A stretch of 64,000 nucleotides of DNA from a virus (taxonomy: Duplodnaviria; Caudoviricetes). The DNA lies in IMG/VR virus record IMGVR_UViG_3300025011_000016; one strand, given 5' to 3'. A program made the translations under genes and the position numbers. Shown here in pieces: positions 39,578-49,575 of the stretch; positions within the stretch are counted from its first letter, which is position 1; each line of letters opens with the position of its first letter. Under the pieces are notes generated by a model. It was given only the letters and a program-made list of their open reading frames with translations. It was not told where the DNA came from and did no database searches.

Positions 39578-39711
39578 ATCCTCGCTAAAATTGAGCCCGG
39601 TGCTATGGTGGAACTTATTTCTTCATTAGGCCGAGATAAGGCGTATGGTTCAAAACCTTCCTCGACCACCTCCCCTATGATAGACTTGAGAGCGGTGAAA
39701 TAGACAATCTT
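39578..39711 (-). CDS. RNA polymerase beta-like subunit, exon 6 (134 nt; not in the ORF track)
   Basis: KIVYFTALKSIIGEVV...PGSILAR completes the GDK motif begun in exon 5. Confidence 0.8.
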
Positions 39712-40931
39712 CTTTATATTCATACATGTCCATAAGCATGTATAAGTTCACATATGGAACTTCCCTAAGTTTCCTTAGGATACTAGACTATATCTTCATC
39801 TCTTAATAAGGTAATTACTTCTTAGATAGAGATGCTTCTTATTTCGATTTAAGGGGATTTCACCCACCCATTTAGGCCCTACTCCTATTGTGTATTTCAA
39901 CACTAAAGGATAGTCGTTGAACGATATGTTGTAAGACATTCTTTATATATACCTTTATATAATTTACCCTGGTTTAATTTTTTTAACATATTTTTTAATT
40001 TTTTTGAATCATAATCAAATTTAGGTAATATATCTTTTATACGTATACCTTGAATCAACATATTACTCATCTCAATAATATCTTCTTTACTATAAGTTTT
40101 ATAATATATTTTATCATTATCCCATACATACAAATCACTTATAGCTCTCCAACTTTTTCTATGTTTAATTTCAGATAACATAGATAATATATTCGGTCTA
40201 TCTTCCCAATGAAATATATTAATTATTTTTGTTAAACTATATCCCAATACAAAGTATTTACATATTTGATGTACTTCATCGTTTGTAAAGAATGCTTTAA
40301 AGTGTCTGTCACAATTCTCATAAAGGTTATTCTTAGCGGCGTGTGCCTTATTTTCATTAGCAGTCACCCATTCTAAATTATCAACCCTATTATTTAATTT
40401 ATTACCATCTATATGATTAGCCTCTAACTCTTCTATAATATTATTGGGTAATGGATTAAAATGGATCAATACCAAACGTTGAACTGAAAATTTTTTGTAC
40501 TTCTTATTATCTACCTCTAAAGCAACACGACAATATCCTTTTTCATTACCGGGGTTATTAAATCCTAATATTTTATTTCGTTCAATGTTCTTTACCCTAC
40601 CATGATCACTAATCATATACTTAGGTTTGATATTTTTATACACTATATCTTTCCATTGCTCATGGTCAGTTACAATATTTATAAATAATTTCATAGAAAC
40701 ACCTCTTTAATTTTTATATTAGATATACGTTTAGCCATATATTATTAGTTATTTTTCTTACAACACATTCGCTGCGGATCATCCAATCTTTATCATTATT
40801 ACTTATACTAGGTTAATTACTCCCAGTCATTAATATAAAATTAATTAGTAGATAGAGCAATAAGGATATCCCCGCAATTAAAGAAGTTTTTTACTAATAT
40901 ATCACTATACTAGGGAGACAAACTGTATGTA
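39712..40931 (-). ncRNA. Group I intron 5 with an HNH homing endonuclease in P6a
   Basis: Perfect P1 GGAGAU/GUCUCC; core motifs present; P6a arms at 40756-40768 and 39924-39936 enclose the HEG; omega-G 39712. Confidence 0.85.
39903..40694 (-). CDS. NUMOD4-HNH homing endonuclease (I-HmuI-like)
   Basis: EQWKDI...YMISDHGRV (NUMOD4); NHIDGNKLNNRVDNLEWVTANEN (HNH); RBS GAGGTG. Confidence 0.9.
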   Translation of the reverse strand: MKLFINIVTDHEQWKDIVYKNIKPKYMISDHGRVKNIERNKILGFNNPGNEKGYCRVALEVDNKKYKKFSVQRLVLIHFNPLPNNIIEELEANHIDGNKLNNRVDNLEWVTANENKAHAAKNNLYENCDRHFKAFFTNDEVHQICKYFVLGYSLTKIINIFHWEDRPNILSMLSEIKHRKSWRAISDLYVWDNDKIYYKTYSKEDIIEMSNMLIQGIRIKDILPKFDYDSKKLKNMLKKLNQGKLYKGIYKECLTTYRSTTIL

Positions 40932-41657
40932 ATCTCCAATCCCGAGCACGTCATTATACTTAATATAAAATTCAAATAAAACTCCTTGGTCCACTACAGT
41001 ACCTTTAACTTTACCATCCTTAGATTCGATTTTTTTAGTGGGTTCGTTCATCATAATGCCACATTTATATATAGAATCCCCTTTATCATATTTATTGAGA
41101 ACATTTTTCTTCTTATTTATTCTAGTATAATAATCAGATACAATTTTTCTCAATGAGGGACTTAACTCTTCTAGTTCAACCGTAGTGTAGATCTTGATAT
41201 CTACAATCTCACCAGAATACTTAGTTTTAATAGGCGTTTTCCCTAATGATTTAATATCTTCTCGTAATTCCTTACCAATAGAATCTAAAAATTTATTTAA
41301 TGAGTTGTCATCAAAAGAAACTTCGAACCGGATAAGTTCATCTGAAACTTGAACTTTCTGCCCTATCTCAACCATATAGTCAACATTCGCATTTAAACCT
41401 AGAGCAACAGTTTTTTCCATAACAATGTCTGCCGCCATTTCTCTACCCAATTTCTTTGTTATAAAAGCAGAATCTTCAAAGGTAGAATATGTTGATAAAC
41501 ATGCAACTTTTTGTAATGATCCAATATTAAATCTATTACCAGTTATTTTACTATCAGTAAAGAATTTACTATCCGATGCAAGTATATCTTTTTGTTTAAA
41601 TTTTTGACCTTTAACTAGATTACATGTTAATTTATTTGATAGATAGAAACCCCCAGC
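40932..41657 (-). CDS. RNA polymerase beta-like subunit, exon 5
   Basis: AGGFYLSNKL...EDSAFIT...LGIGD; 726 nt; double-psi barrel region of beta. Confidence 0.85.
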
Positions 41658-41838
41658 CATTATATTCATATAGATTATAAACCTATACAGTTCTCAAATG
41701 AACTTCCCTAATGTTAATTAGGATACTAGACTATATCTTCATCTTATAAAGATGATCCCTATTTCGATATATAAATATATCTACGAGTTCTCACTCTAGT
41801 CGTTGAACCTGTCTTATAGTAATATAGAAGATTATAAG

Positions 41839-41848
41839 TATATATTAT
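41839..41848 (+). promoter_or_regulatory. Early-type promoter motif TATATATTAT inside intron 4, antisense to the RNAP gene
   Basis: Exact match to the motif found upstream of other non-structural genes. Confidence 0.55.
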
Positions 41849-41886
41849 ATTAATAGATAATAAAATAAAGGAGCCAAATAATTACT

Positions 41887-41949
41887 ATGTTCCACGTTAT
41901 TATATTCTTTATGTTGCTTCGTATTCTCAGTCGTTTAGGTAAAAAATAA
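41887..41949 (+). CDS. 20-aa hydrophobic peptide MFHVIIFFMLLRILSRLGKK (not in the ORF track)
   Basis: RBS AAAGGAG upstream; first ORF after the early motif. Confidence 0.4.
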   Translation: MFHVIIFFMLLRILSRLGKK

Positions 41950-41966
41950 TTAGGGAGTGTTTTACT

Positions 41967-42332
41967 ATGATTACACCAAAGGATATTTTAATGAACTTAA
42001 TTCAAACTGCACAAGACGATGAATTATTTCAAGAAAATGCCATTGAGTTAACCAACAGATTTTTCTATAATCGATTTCTTAGTGTCTTAAAACAATATAA
42101 CGGTGATGAGGCTAAGGCATATGACGCCTTCATCGTAAAAAAGAATCTATATCTCTTCAATTTATATATTGAGGAGTTCATTGATTTACAGCGTTCCACT
42201 TATCAATCTATGTATCCATCACAATGGACTGAGAATCCATATAATATGGTTTTACGTAAAGAACTCAGACAGATTCATCATTATCTATGTGCCGACCCAA
42301 GAATACTTGACATGCCATCATATCACGGATAA
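41967..42332 (+). CDS. Hypothetical 121-aa protein antisense within intron 4
   Basis: RBS AGGGAG, ATG start, normal composition, own terminator at ~42348-42377; no HNH, GIY-YIG or LAGLIDADG motif. Confidence 0.7.
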   Translation: MITPKDILMNLIQTAQDDELFQENAIELTNRFFYNRFLSVLKQYNGDEAKAYDAFIVKKNLYLFNLYIEEFIDLQRSTYQSMYPSQWTENPYNMVLRKELRQIHHYLCADPRILDMPSYHG

Positions 42333-42347
42333 TCTATTAATACTATA

Positions 42348-42377
42348 TGGGTGATTTTATATCACCTCTCTTTTTTT
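42348..42377 (+). terminator. Intrinsic terminator of the antisense cassette
   Basis: GGTGAT-tttat-ATCACC followed by TCTCTTTTTTT. Confidence 0.6.
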
Positions 42378-42492
42378 ACTATAAGACTTGGCTGCGGATT
42401 GTCCAATCTTTATTATATAAAGCTCTAAGGAGTTTCCCGACAATTAAAGGATATTCTTTATACATTCACACATATAAAGGGCATTTTAGTTT

Positions 42493-42724
42493 ACCATTTT
42501 TAACTACTTTAGTTGAAGTATCAATAGCTTGTATAGAATTGTCTTTATATCTAATAATAGTTAAACCATTAGCATCATTAACTTCTTCTACAATACCATC
42601 TTGTTTCGCCACAATAACGAAGTCATTTGATAAATGATATTGAATAACTTGTTCCGCACCATTAGATATTAAAACAGGTGATGATTTTACAATAGGTATG
42701 ATATGCTTCGATTGTTTACTGGCC
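42493..42724 (-). CDS. RNA polymerase beta-like subunit, exon 4
   Basis: (M)ASKQSKHIIP...TKVVKNG; 232 nt; corresponds to beta MQRQAVP region. Confidence 0.8.
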
Positions 42725-43012
42725 CTTTCATGCACATGAGTTATTAGCACATGCAGTTCTCTTACGAACTTCCCTAACTTTCATTAGGATAATAGACTAT
42801 ATCTTCGTCCTTTATTTTTTTTATATAAAGGAGTTTCTTATTTCGATACATAAAGTATCTACGAGTTCACACTCTAGTCGTTGAACCTTCCTCTTATAAA
42901 GAGACTTGGCTGCGGATTGTCCAATCTTTATCTTATAAAGCTCTAAGGAGTTTCCCGTCAATTAAAGAAATGACTTTAAATATATTACTATACTTATGCG
43001 ACAGTATTATTC
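42725..43012 (-). ncRNA. Group I intron 3 (288 nt, ORF-less)
   Basis: P1 GCGAU/GUCGC; core motifs present; omega-G 42725. Confidence 0.85.
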
Positions 43013-43032
43013 ATCGCAGTTCTTGTACTATC
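43013..43032 (-). CDS. RNA polymerase beta-like subunit, 20-nt micro-exon 3 (DSTRTA-M)
   Basis: GAT AGT ACA AGA ACT GCG AT, bounded by omega-G 43033 (7-bp P10) and the P1 of intron 3. Restores RDDSTRTAMASKQ, like beta HDDANRALMGANMQ. Confidence 0.8.
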
Positions 43033-43807
43033 CGTAACCATTCATGTTTCCATAAATGACAGACTATATCTTCATCTACATAGTTACATGTTTAGATGTC
43101 CTCCATTTCGGCTTATAAATAAACCTACGAGTTTACACTCTAGTCGTTGAACCTTTCTCTATAAAAAATAGTAATATCATACTCTGAATTTATATATCAT
43201 ATACTTGAATATAATAAAATAATGGAGTTGAATTGATATGATATGATAATAAATGATATCCATAATATAACAGACTTCGATCAGTATATAGAATTCTATA
43301 CTCAATTAACTAATACATATGGTAAACTAAATCATTATATCTCCAAAATATTTGAAAGGCGTGGAAATATCAGTATTGACCATCTACCAATTAAATCACA
43401 TAAACTTAAACTCGGTACTCTTTTATATCATGTATCCGAAACTAAATATGATTTTTTAAAATCATCATTTAAAAGTAGAGATGAATTTTTATACTCTGAA
43501 AATAGAATATATTTTACTACAGACATCGAATCATTAGAGCCACATTTTAAAAAGTATCGATATGTCTATATGTATGTAGTTACAGGTAATGAAAATACAT
43601 TTATCGACTATGAGTATAATAATAACAAATCATTCTATATATCTAATGATAAACCATTTGAAATTAAAGAGGTTCAACTTCTTTAATTTTTTTATAGAGA
43701 CTTGGCTGCGGATTGCCCAATCTTTATATTATAAAGCTCTAAGGGGTTCCCCGACAATTAAAAGGATTCTTATTATGTATTTCTACATAAAGGGACAATA
43801 GTAATTT
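43033..43807 (-). ncRNA. Group I intron 2 (775 nt) with an antisense ART-like gene in P6a
   Basis: P1 GGGAU/GUCCC; P10 of 7 bp; P9.0 GU/AC; P6a arms at 43157-43168 and 43688-43699. Confidence 0.85.
43243..43686 (+). CDS. ADP-ribosyltransferase-fold (Arr-like) protein, antisense within intron 2
   Basis: LLYHVS...NRIYFTT...YVYMYVVTG...FID...SFYISNDKPFEI parallels Arr FYHGT...NHIYFT...VYIVEPTG...D...SYRS..P. RBS TGGAG; early-like motif TATATATCAT at 43191-43200. Confidence 0.55.
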   Translation: MIINDIHNITDFDQYIEFYTQLTNTYGKLNHYISKIFERRGNISIDHLPIKSHKLKLGTLLYHVSETKYDFLKSSFKSRDEFLYSENRIYFTTDIESLEPHFKKYRYVYMYVVTGNENTFIDYEYNNNKSFYISNDKPFEIKEVQLL

Positions 43808-44091
43808 ATCCCGTGTTACACCCAATGGTGATAATAATTCAGCAGGAGAAAATAAATTTGAATCTTTTAATTTATCCAATTGATCATTCTTTATGTCAAT
43901 ATAACCCCTCGGACTAACTATATTAGGTTCTAATGTTAACTGTCTAACGATACCACAGTTTGCGTCGGGTGACGTTGATATTGCTATAATACCTAACATA
44001 GTTTCATCATACGCTCTCTTATCTTGGGTATAAGCGTTATCTTCGTTCATCCCACTAAATCCCTTTTGGGATATCACACGACCTTTTTCCA
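43808..44091 (-). CDS. RNA polymerase beta-like subunit, exon 2
   Basis: T|TG GAA AAA gives NPIVELEKGR...SPDANCGIVRQLT...GVTRD; 284 nt. Confidence 0.85.
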
Positions 44092-44374
44092 CAAATAGTT
44101 AACATTATTTGTTAGATAATGTAAAGATGTTATCTTTCTCTATTTTTCAATAGATGTTCAGACTATATCATCATCTCCATTGAGATGCTTCCCGTTTCAG
44201 TTTAAGGAATTAACTTCCACTCACTTGAGCCCTATAAGTTAGTCGTTGAACCTTATTCTATCATATAGAATATTGGATGCAGATTGTCCAATCTTTATAT
44301 TATAAAGCACTAAGGGGTTTCCTGCAATTAAAGAAGTTTGCATTATATATCACTACATAATGGAACTACGAAAA
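44092..44374 (-). ncRNA. Group I intron 1 (283 nt, ORF-less)
   Basis: P1 GAAU/GUUC; core motifs present; omega-G 44092. Confidence 0.85.
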
Positions 44375-47024
44375 ATTCAACTATGGGATTTAGTGTAGAA
44401 TAATCTTCAATCGTCTGACCCATTAATAATTCTTTAGTTACGTAATCCCTGGGAAGTGAAATACGGACTGGATTATTGTTGTTAGCAGTTGCTTTATACC
44501 TACTATACTGCTGAGCAATACCTTGATATAAAATTGCACTTACTACCTCATTGGAACGAATCCTATAAAGACTCATATCCTTTTCATTAATATATGAATT
44601 ATCAGATAATAAAGCATTGGCAAATAACATTAAACTTACAAAATCTGTAGGATAATTTAAGTCTTCTAGAACTTCTTTGGTGATTGGATCTATTAAAAAC
44701 TCATAAAAGTTATCAAAAGCGTTACCGATTATCTTAGTATTAAACATGGTATCAAATATTGTTAGATACGTTTCCTTATCATCAAAATCTGTATATTCGA
44801 ATGCTTTAGTAGGTACATCGACAAAGGCATTCATTAATAAAGAATTCTCAAAGGGATTCACATCATATACAAGATACCCATCTGAAAATTGAATTGAATT
44901 TTCATTATCAGCAAGTTTTGGTCGTTTATCAACAAATTGATGTTTGATATTGGCTTTCTTCAGCACTGAGGTTAAACCCTCTACATACCCTAATAATAAT
45001 ACTAATGGTACATTTTTTTTCATAATATACGCTCTTGTGTAAGAAAACTTTTTGCCAGCTTTAGTATCTTCAAATTCTTTGAATGCTTCACCTGAAGATA
45101 CTGACATTATAAAATCAACAATATCGAAATTACCCATACGTTGAGTACTATAGTTCATAATGATAGGACTACGAGGATTTATGAAAAATCCAATACAGAA
45201 CTCATCTTCTTTAAGTTTAGTTTTATATTTAACTAATAAATCATGAACTTCGTTTTGATCAAAATAGAACTCACAATTTGATATTTTAATATATGAGATA
45301 TATTTCGATAATTCATCATATTCCAATAGAGATTTGTACTTAGAGTTATTATTGGCATTATTACCATATTTGATAATTACACCAGATCTGGGTATAGATA
45401 TGACTTTCTTAAATCTTTCTATTTTGGATGAAACTTTGTTGCCATATCTCATAATAAAGATTTTTTTATAGTTACTACAAACCTGAACCTTATCGGGCCC
45501 AATCTTTATTACAGGTTTAGAGAACAATTGCTTATTGATAATCTTCTTATTACCATTTAGATATAAGAATTTATCATCAATAAACTTAGGCATATCAAAC
45601 TTTAATTTATGTCGGACTCTATTTGAATCTTCAAGTTCAACCGAAAAAGTCTCTCTGTAATTTAATTCATCAGAGCTATCTTCAACGTCTATCTTTCTAA
45701 CAAATACAGGAAGGCCCTTATCATTTAAACATGTTAATGTATTGGCAACATCAGCATGATACAGATTTTCATTATACGACTTTTCAAAGAAAGGATATTT
45801 AATTCCAGTCATATTTTTGTTAATAGTATTAACATTACTCGTCACATCAATTGACGGAATAAAAGATTCTTTTAATTTAATATTTCTGGCTTCATCTAAA
45901 GTCATTTTACCCAACATAATATTCTTTTGATTTTCTCTTAACTCAATATCTCTTTTTAATGACTGAGGAGTTCTACCAACTTTCTTTTCCTGATTAAGTG
46001 TATAGATTTCCTTTAATAACTTCTCGTCATTAACTAATACATTCTCCAATTTATCTTTTAATTCCTTTGTAGTTTGGGTTTTGGCTTCAGGTGAATTAAC
46101 TAACTCATCTATTCTAGAAGTAATAGCTTCCTGAAATTCTTCATCGTTATCTCCTTCAGAAACTTCTTCATCTTCATCTTGAGGATCATCTGGATGATTC
46201 CCAGTAAAACCGAATGTATATAAGAATTTACCCAGAAGATCATCTCTAATTTCTTGAACTTCAATTTGTCTATCTAGGTCTTTATCGTTATCGGTAATAT
46301 TCATATCAGGTGCAATCTTAATTAATTCTCTTCTTAATACCGTATAAGATTTATCATCACATAATGATGGATTGACTCGTATCATAGTATTTCCACCATA
46401 AATTAATATATTGATATCTCCAAGTTCTTGAAACTTCTTAAAGAACTTATGCATAGCATAATAGATAATAAATACAGGATTATTTAATACCATCTTTTGT
46501 TTCATTGACGCTCTAACATTCTTTACCCAACTATCGGCATCGATACATATAGTTTTAAGATTATACTCATCATATTTAGAATCCACCAATATAGACTTTA
46601 TTAAATCCATATAAGCTAATATCTTAACATTAAATTTTATCTTTACTCCATATTTAAAAAAGATCTCATTATATTTAGATAAATCCACATAAACATTCTT
46701 ACCATCAATACTATCTAACTGAGTCGGTGTATTAATAAATGATAATTTAGAATTTACTTCAGAATAGATTAACTGTCTCTCCTTATTAACTAATGATCTA
46801 TATGTTTTATTGAATAATTTACCTTTATATGATTGATCGATAAAATAATAATGGAATTTATTGTTATGATATATTAGAGGATTATTAATAAGGTTAATAG
46901 ATGATTGTAAAGTATTGTTATTGATAAGAACTAGGCTGTGTAATGTGGGTGTTTTGGGATTTACATCTAAAACCGTTTTCTGTTTATATAATTTTAGATG
47001 CGGTGTACTAGAAACACTATTCAA
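44375..47024 (-). CDS. Multisubunit RNA polymerase beta-like subunit, exon 1 (probably virion RNAP, phiKZ gp178-like; spliced length 1476 aa)
   Basis: Exon lengths 2650+284+20+232+726+134+385 = 4431 nt, one open frame with beta motifs. Late promoter and size suggest the virion enzyme. Confidence 0.8.
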
Positions 47025-47058
47025 ATTATATCACTCCTATCCCTAGATTTAATACTCT

Positions 47059-47070
47059 TATGTGATTGTT
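47059..47070 (-). promoter_or_regulatory. Late promoter AACA-N6-TA of the RNAP gene
   Basis: AACA-ATCACA-TA ~35 nt upstream of TTG 47024. Confidence 0.65.
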
Positions 47071-47169
47071 GATAAATCGTAAAATAATGATTGTAGAGTA
47101 GAAAGTAATAATGTTTACAACTATATATTATATACTAGTAAAGAAATAAAAATTAGGAGGAATTTATTA

Positions 47170-47907
47170 ATGACAGATTTAGAAATAGTGAAGATGAATC
47201 ACCTAAATATTTTAATTCTCCAGAATCCTCCCAGTAAAGAAGTTCAATTAGCAACTGTCAAAAAAAATGGCCTTATGATCAGATACATTGATGATCCAGA
47301 TAATGAAATCAAATTAGCTGCTGTAAGACAAAATTGTGAAGCTCTTAAGTATATTAAAAATCCCGATACTGAAGTGCAGTTATTAGCAGTAAAGTATGAT
47401 CCTACTGCTATTGAACAAATTATAGATCCAAGTAAACCGATCCAATGCGCTGCAGTTTCAGCCCATGGTCTTGCACTTCAGTATATTAAAGAACCAACTA
47501 GAATTATACAAAGTGTAGCGCTTAAACAAAATGGATATGCTATTAAGTTTATAGCTAGTCCGGATAAAGGTCTGCAATTAATAGCTGTTAATGAAAGTGG
47601 ATGTGCTATTAAATATATCAATAACCCTGATATTGATGTACAAATATTAGCATTGGAAAAAGATGGTGATGCTATCCAATTTATTAAAAACCCATCGAAA
47701 GATTTACAGTTAATAGCTGTAAAACAAAATCTTAGATCGCTTACATTAATTGATAATCCAGACTCTGAAGTTACAGAATATGTATTATTAGAATTAATGA
47801 AAGAAAGGGAAAGAATTACAAATGCTAATAATGTGAATCATAATAAACATATTAGTTGCAATCTCATATTAGACGTATCTACAGTGACTGATCTAAAGAA
47901 ACATTAA
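47170..47907 (+). CDS. DUF4116-like 22-aa repeat protein 1
   Basis: Repeats of [N/D]PxxEVQLxAVxxNGxAIxYIx; early motif at 47122; RBS AGGAGG. Confidence 0.8.
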   Translation: MTDLEIVKMNHLNILILQNPPSKEVQLATVKKNGLMIRYIDDPDNEIKLAAVRQNCEALKYIKNPDTEVQLLAVKYDPTAIEQIIDPSKPIQCAAVSAHGLALQYIKEPTRIIQSVALKQNGYAIKFIASPDKGLQLIAVNESGCAIKYINNPDIDVQILALEKDGDAIQFIKNPSKDLQLIAVKQNLRSLTLIDNPDSEVTEYVLLELMKERERITNANNVNHNKHISCNLILDVSTVTDLKKH

Positions 47908-47940
47908 ATAAAAGAATAAAATATTAGGAGGAATTTATTA

Positions 47941-48816
47941 ATGGAAAAATTAACAGATTTAGAAATGATGCAGAAAAATCCTTTAAATATCATGTTTATT
48001 GAGAATCCTAGTAAAGAGGTTCAATTAATTGCAGTCAATCATAATGGAAAATATATCCGGTTTATTAAAAACCCAGATAAGGATGTTCAACGCGCTGCTG
48101 TTATTGAAACTGGTCGTAATATTAAATTTATTATGAACCCAGATATTGAAGTCCAGTTAATCGCTATAAATCAATCTTGGGCTTATATTAAATTTATATC
48201 AGATCCACATGAGGAAATTCAACAAATCCTAGTCAAAATTAATCCTACCTATATCAGTTTAATAAAAAATCCAGCATTATCTGCACAATATCAAGTATTG
48301 AATCATTCCCCTAACGGGAAGTATTTTAAATATATCAATAATCCCGATGTAACAATTCAACTAGAGGCAGTTAAACGAAAAAGTCGCAATATCAAATATA
48401 TAGACAATCCCAGTGAGGAGGTTCAGTTAGTTGCTGTTACAAAGAGGCCAATTTCTATTAAATTTATTAAAGAACCGACTAAAGAGGTCCAATTAATCGC
48501 TGTGGTATATTATGGGCGTAACATTCAATATATCAAAAACCCCGATGAGGATATCCAGGAAGCTGCAGTTATATCAGATGCGCCAACTATTCAATTTATT
48601 AAAGATCCAAGTATAGAGATACAAGAAGTTGTAATTTCCATGAATGTTAGTTTTATTAGATATATTGAAAATCCAGATATGTGTATTCAACTGAAGGCTG
48701 TTGAAATTGATATTGATAATATTAAATATATTAATACTCCGCACTCAGAAGTATTAGAATATGTAAAACAAAAACTTCGTGATAAATTAAATGACGATAA
48801 AGGAAGTGTTAATTGA
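47941..48816 (+). CDS. DUF4116-like 22-aa repeat protein 2
   Basis: About 12 repeats. Confidence 0.8.
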   Translation: MEKLTDLEMMQKNPLNIMFIENPSKEVQLIAVNHNGKYIRFIKNPDKDVQRAAVIETGRNIKFIMNPDIEVQLIAINQSWAYIKFISDPHEEIQQILVKINPTYISLIKNPALSAQYQVLNHSPNGKYFKYINNPDVTIQLEAVKRKSRNIKYIDNPSEEVQLVAVTKRPISIKFIKEPTKEVQLIAVVYYGRNIQYIKNPDEDIQEAAVISDAPTIQFIKDPSIEIQEVVISMNVSFIRYIENPDMCIQLKAVEIDIDNIKYINTPHSEVLEYVKQKLRDKLNDDKGSVN

Positions 48817-49532
48817 TGACTGATTTAGAAATGGTGCAGAAGAATCCTTTAAACATTTTACTTATTAAAAACCCAACTAAGGAGATTCAAATGGTAGTCG
48901 TTACAAATGAGGGTAGTAATATTCAGTTTATTGAGAGTCCTGATAAAGATGTGCAAATAAAAGCATTATCTAGTAGTAAATTTGATAGTGACGATATAAT
49001 CAAATATATTAAAAATCCAGACATGGACGTGAAATCAACAGCAGTAAGTATTGACGGATTTGCTATCCAATATATTAAAGACCCGAGTGAAGAATTACAA
49101 TTACTTGCGGTCAAAGAAAATGCATACGCCCTTCAATTCATTAAAGATCCAAGTAAAAAGGTCCAGTTGGCTGCGGTGAGTAATGATGGGGATGTTATTG
49201 AATATATCAAAAACCCAGATAAGGATGTACAAATAGCCGCAGTACAAGAATCAGGTTATGCCATTCGATGGATCGTTCATCCTGATGATGACATTTGCGT
49301 TATGGCTCTACAACAAAATGGATTTGCCATCAGTTGCTTTGGGGAACCTTCAGATGCATTAAAACTTATTGCAGTTCAACAAGATGGCAATGTCATTCGA
49401 TGTATTGAAAATCCATCAGTTGAGATTCAAATGATCGCTGTAAAACAGAGTATTAATTTTATTACACATTTATTCAATCCCCATCCTGATGTATTAGAGT
49501 ATGTAAAACAAGAACTATTAAAGAATTTGTAA
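48813..49532 (+). CDS. DUF4116-like 22-aa repeat protein 3
   Basis: Repeats; ends HPDVLEYVKQELLKNL. Confidence 0.8.
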   Translation: MMTDLEMVQKNPLNILLIKNPTKEIQMVVVTNEGSNIQFIESPDKDVQIKALSSSKFDSDDIIKYIKNPDMDVKSTAVSIDGFAIQYIKDPSEELQLLAVKENAYALQFIKDPSKKVQLAAVSNDGDVIEYIKNPDKDVQIAAVQESGYAIRWIVHPDDDICVMALQQNGFAISCFGEPSDALKLIAVQQDGNVIRCIENPSVEIQMIAVKQSINFITHLFNPHPDVLEYVKQELLKNL

Positions 49533-49575
49533 TCTATGAAATAAAGAATATGATAATTCATACTCTTTATTTTTT
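49476..49575 (+). repeat. ~100-bp direct repeat (gene end plus terminator), copy 1; copy 2 at 50182-50281
   Basis: About 4 mismatches in 100 nt by manual alignment. Confidence 0.85.

Larger units (their letters stand above)
41658..42492 (-). ncRNA. Group I intron 4 (835 nt) with an antisense two-gene cassette in P6a
   Basis: P1 GGU/GCC; core motifs present; P6a arms at 41811-41822 and 42376-42387; omega-G 41658. Confidence 0.8.

Noticed and set aside
39397-43801. Plus-strand ORFs 39397..39588, 42347..42637 and 43589..43801
   Set aside because: They are antisense readings of conserved intron cores and exons (shared spurious WLRIxQSL motif) with no RBS.
38916-47024. Separate RNAP fragment genes or inteins
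   Set aside because: Breaks coincide with group I P1/omega-G signals and join in frame; no intein C/S...HN motifs were seen.
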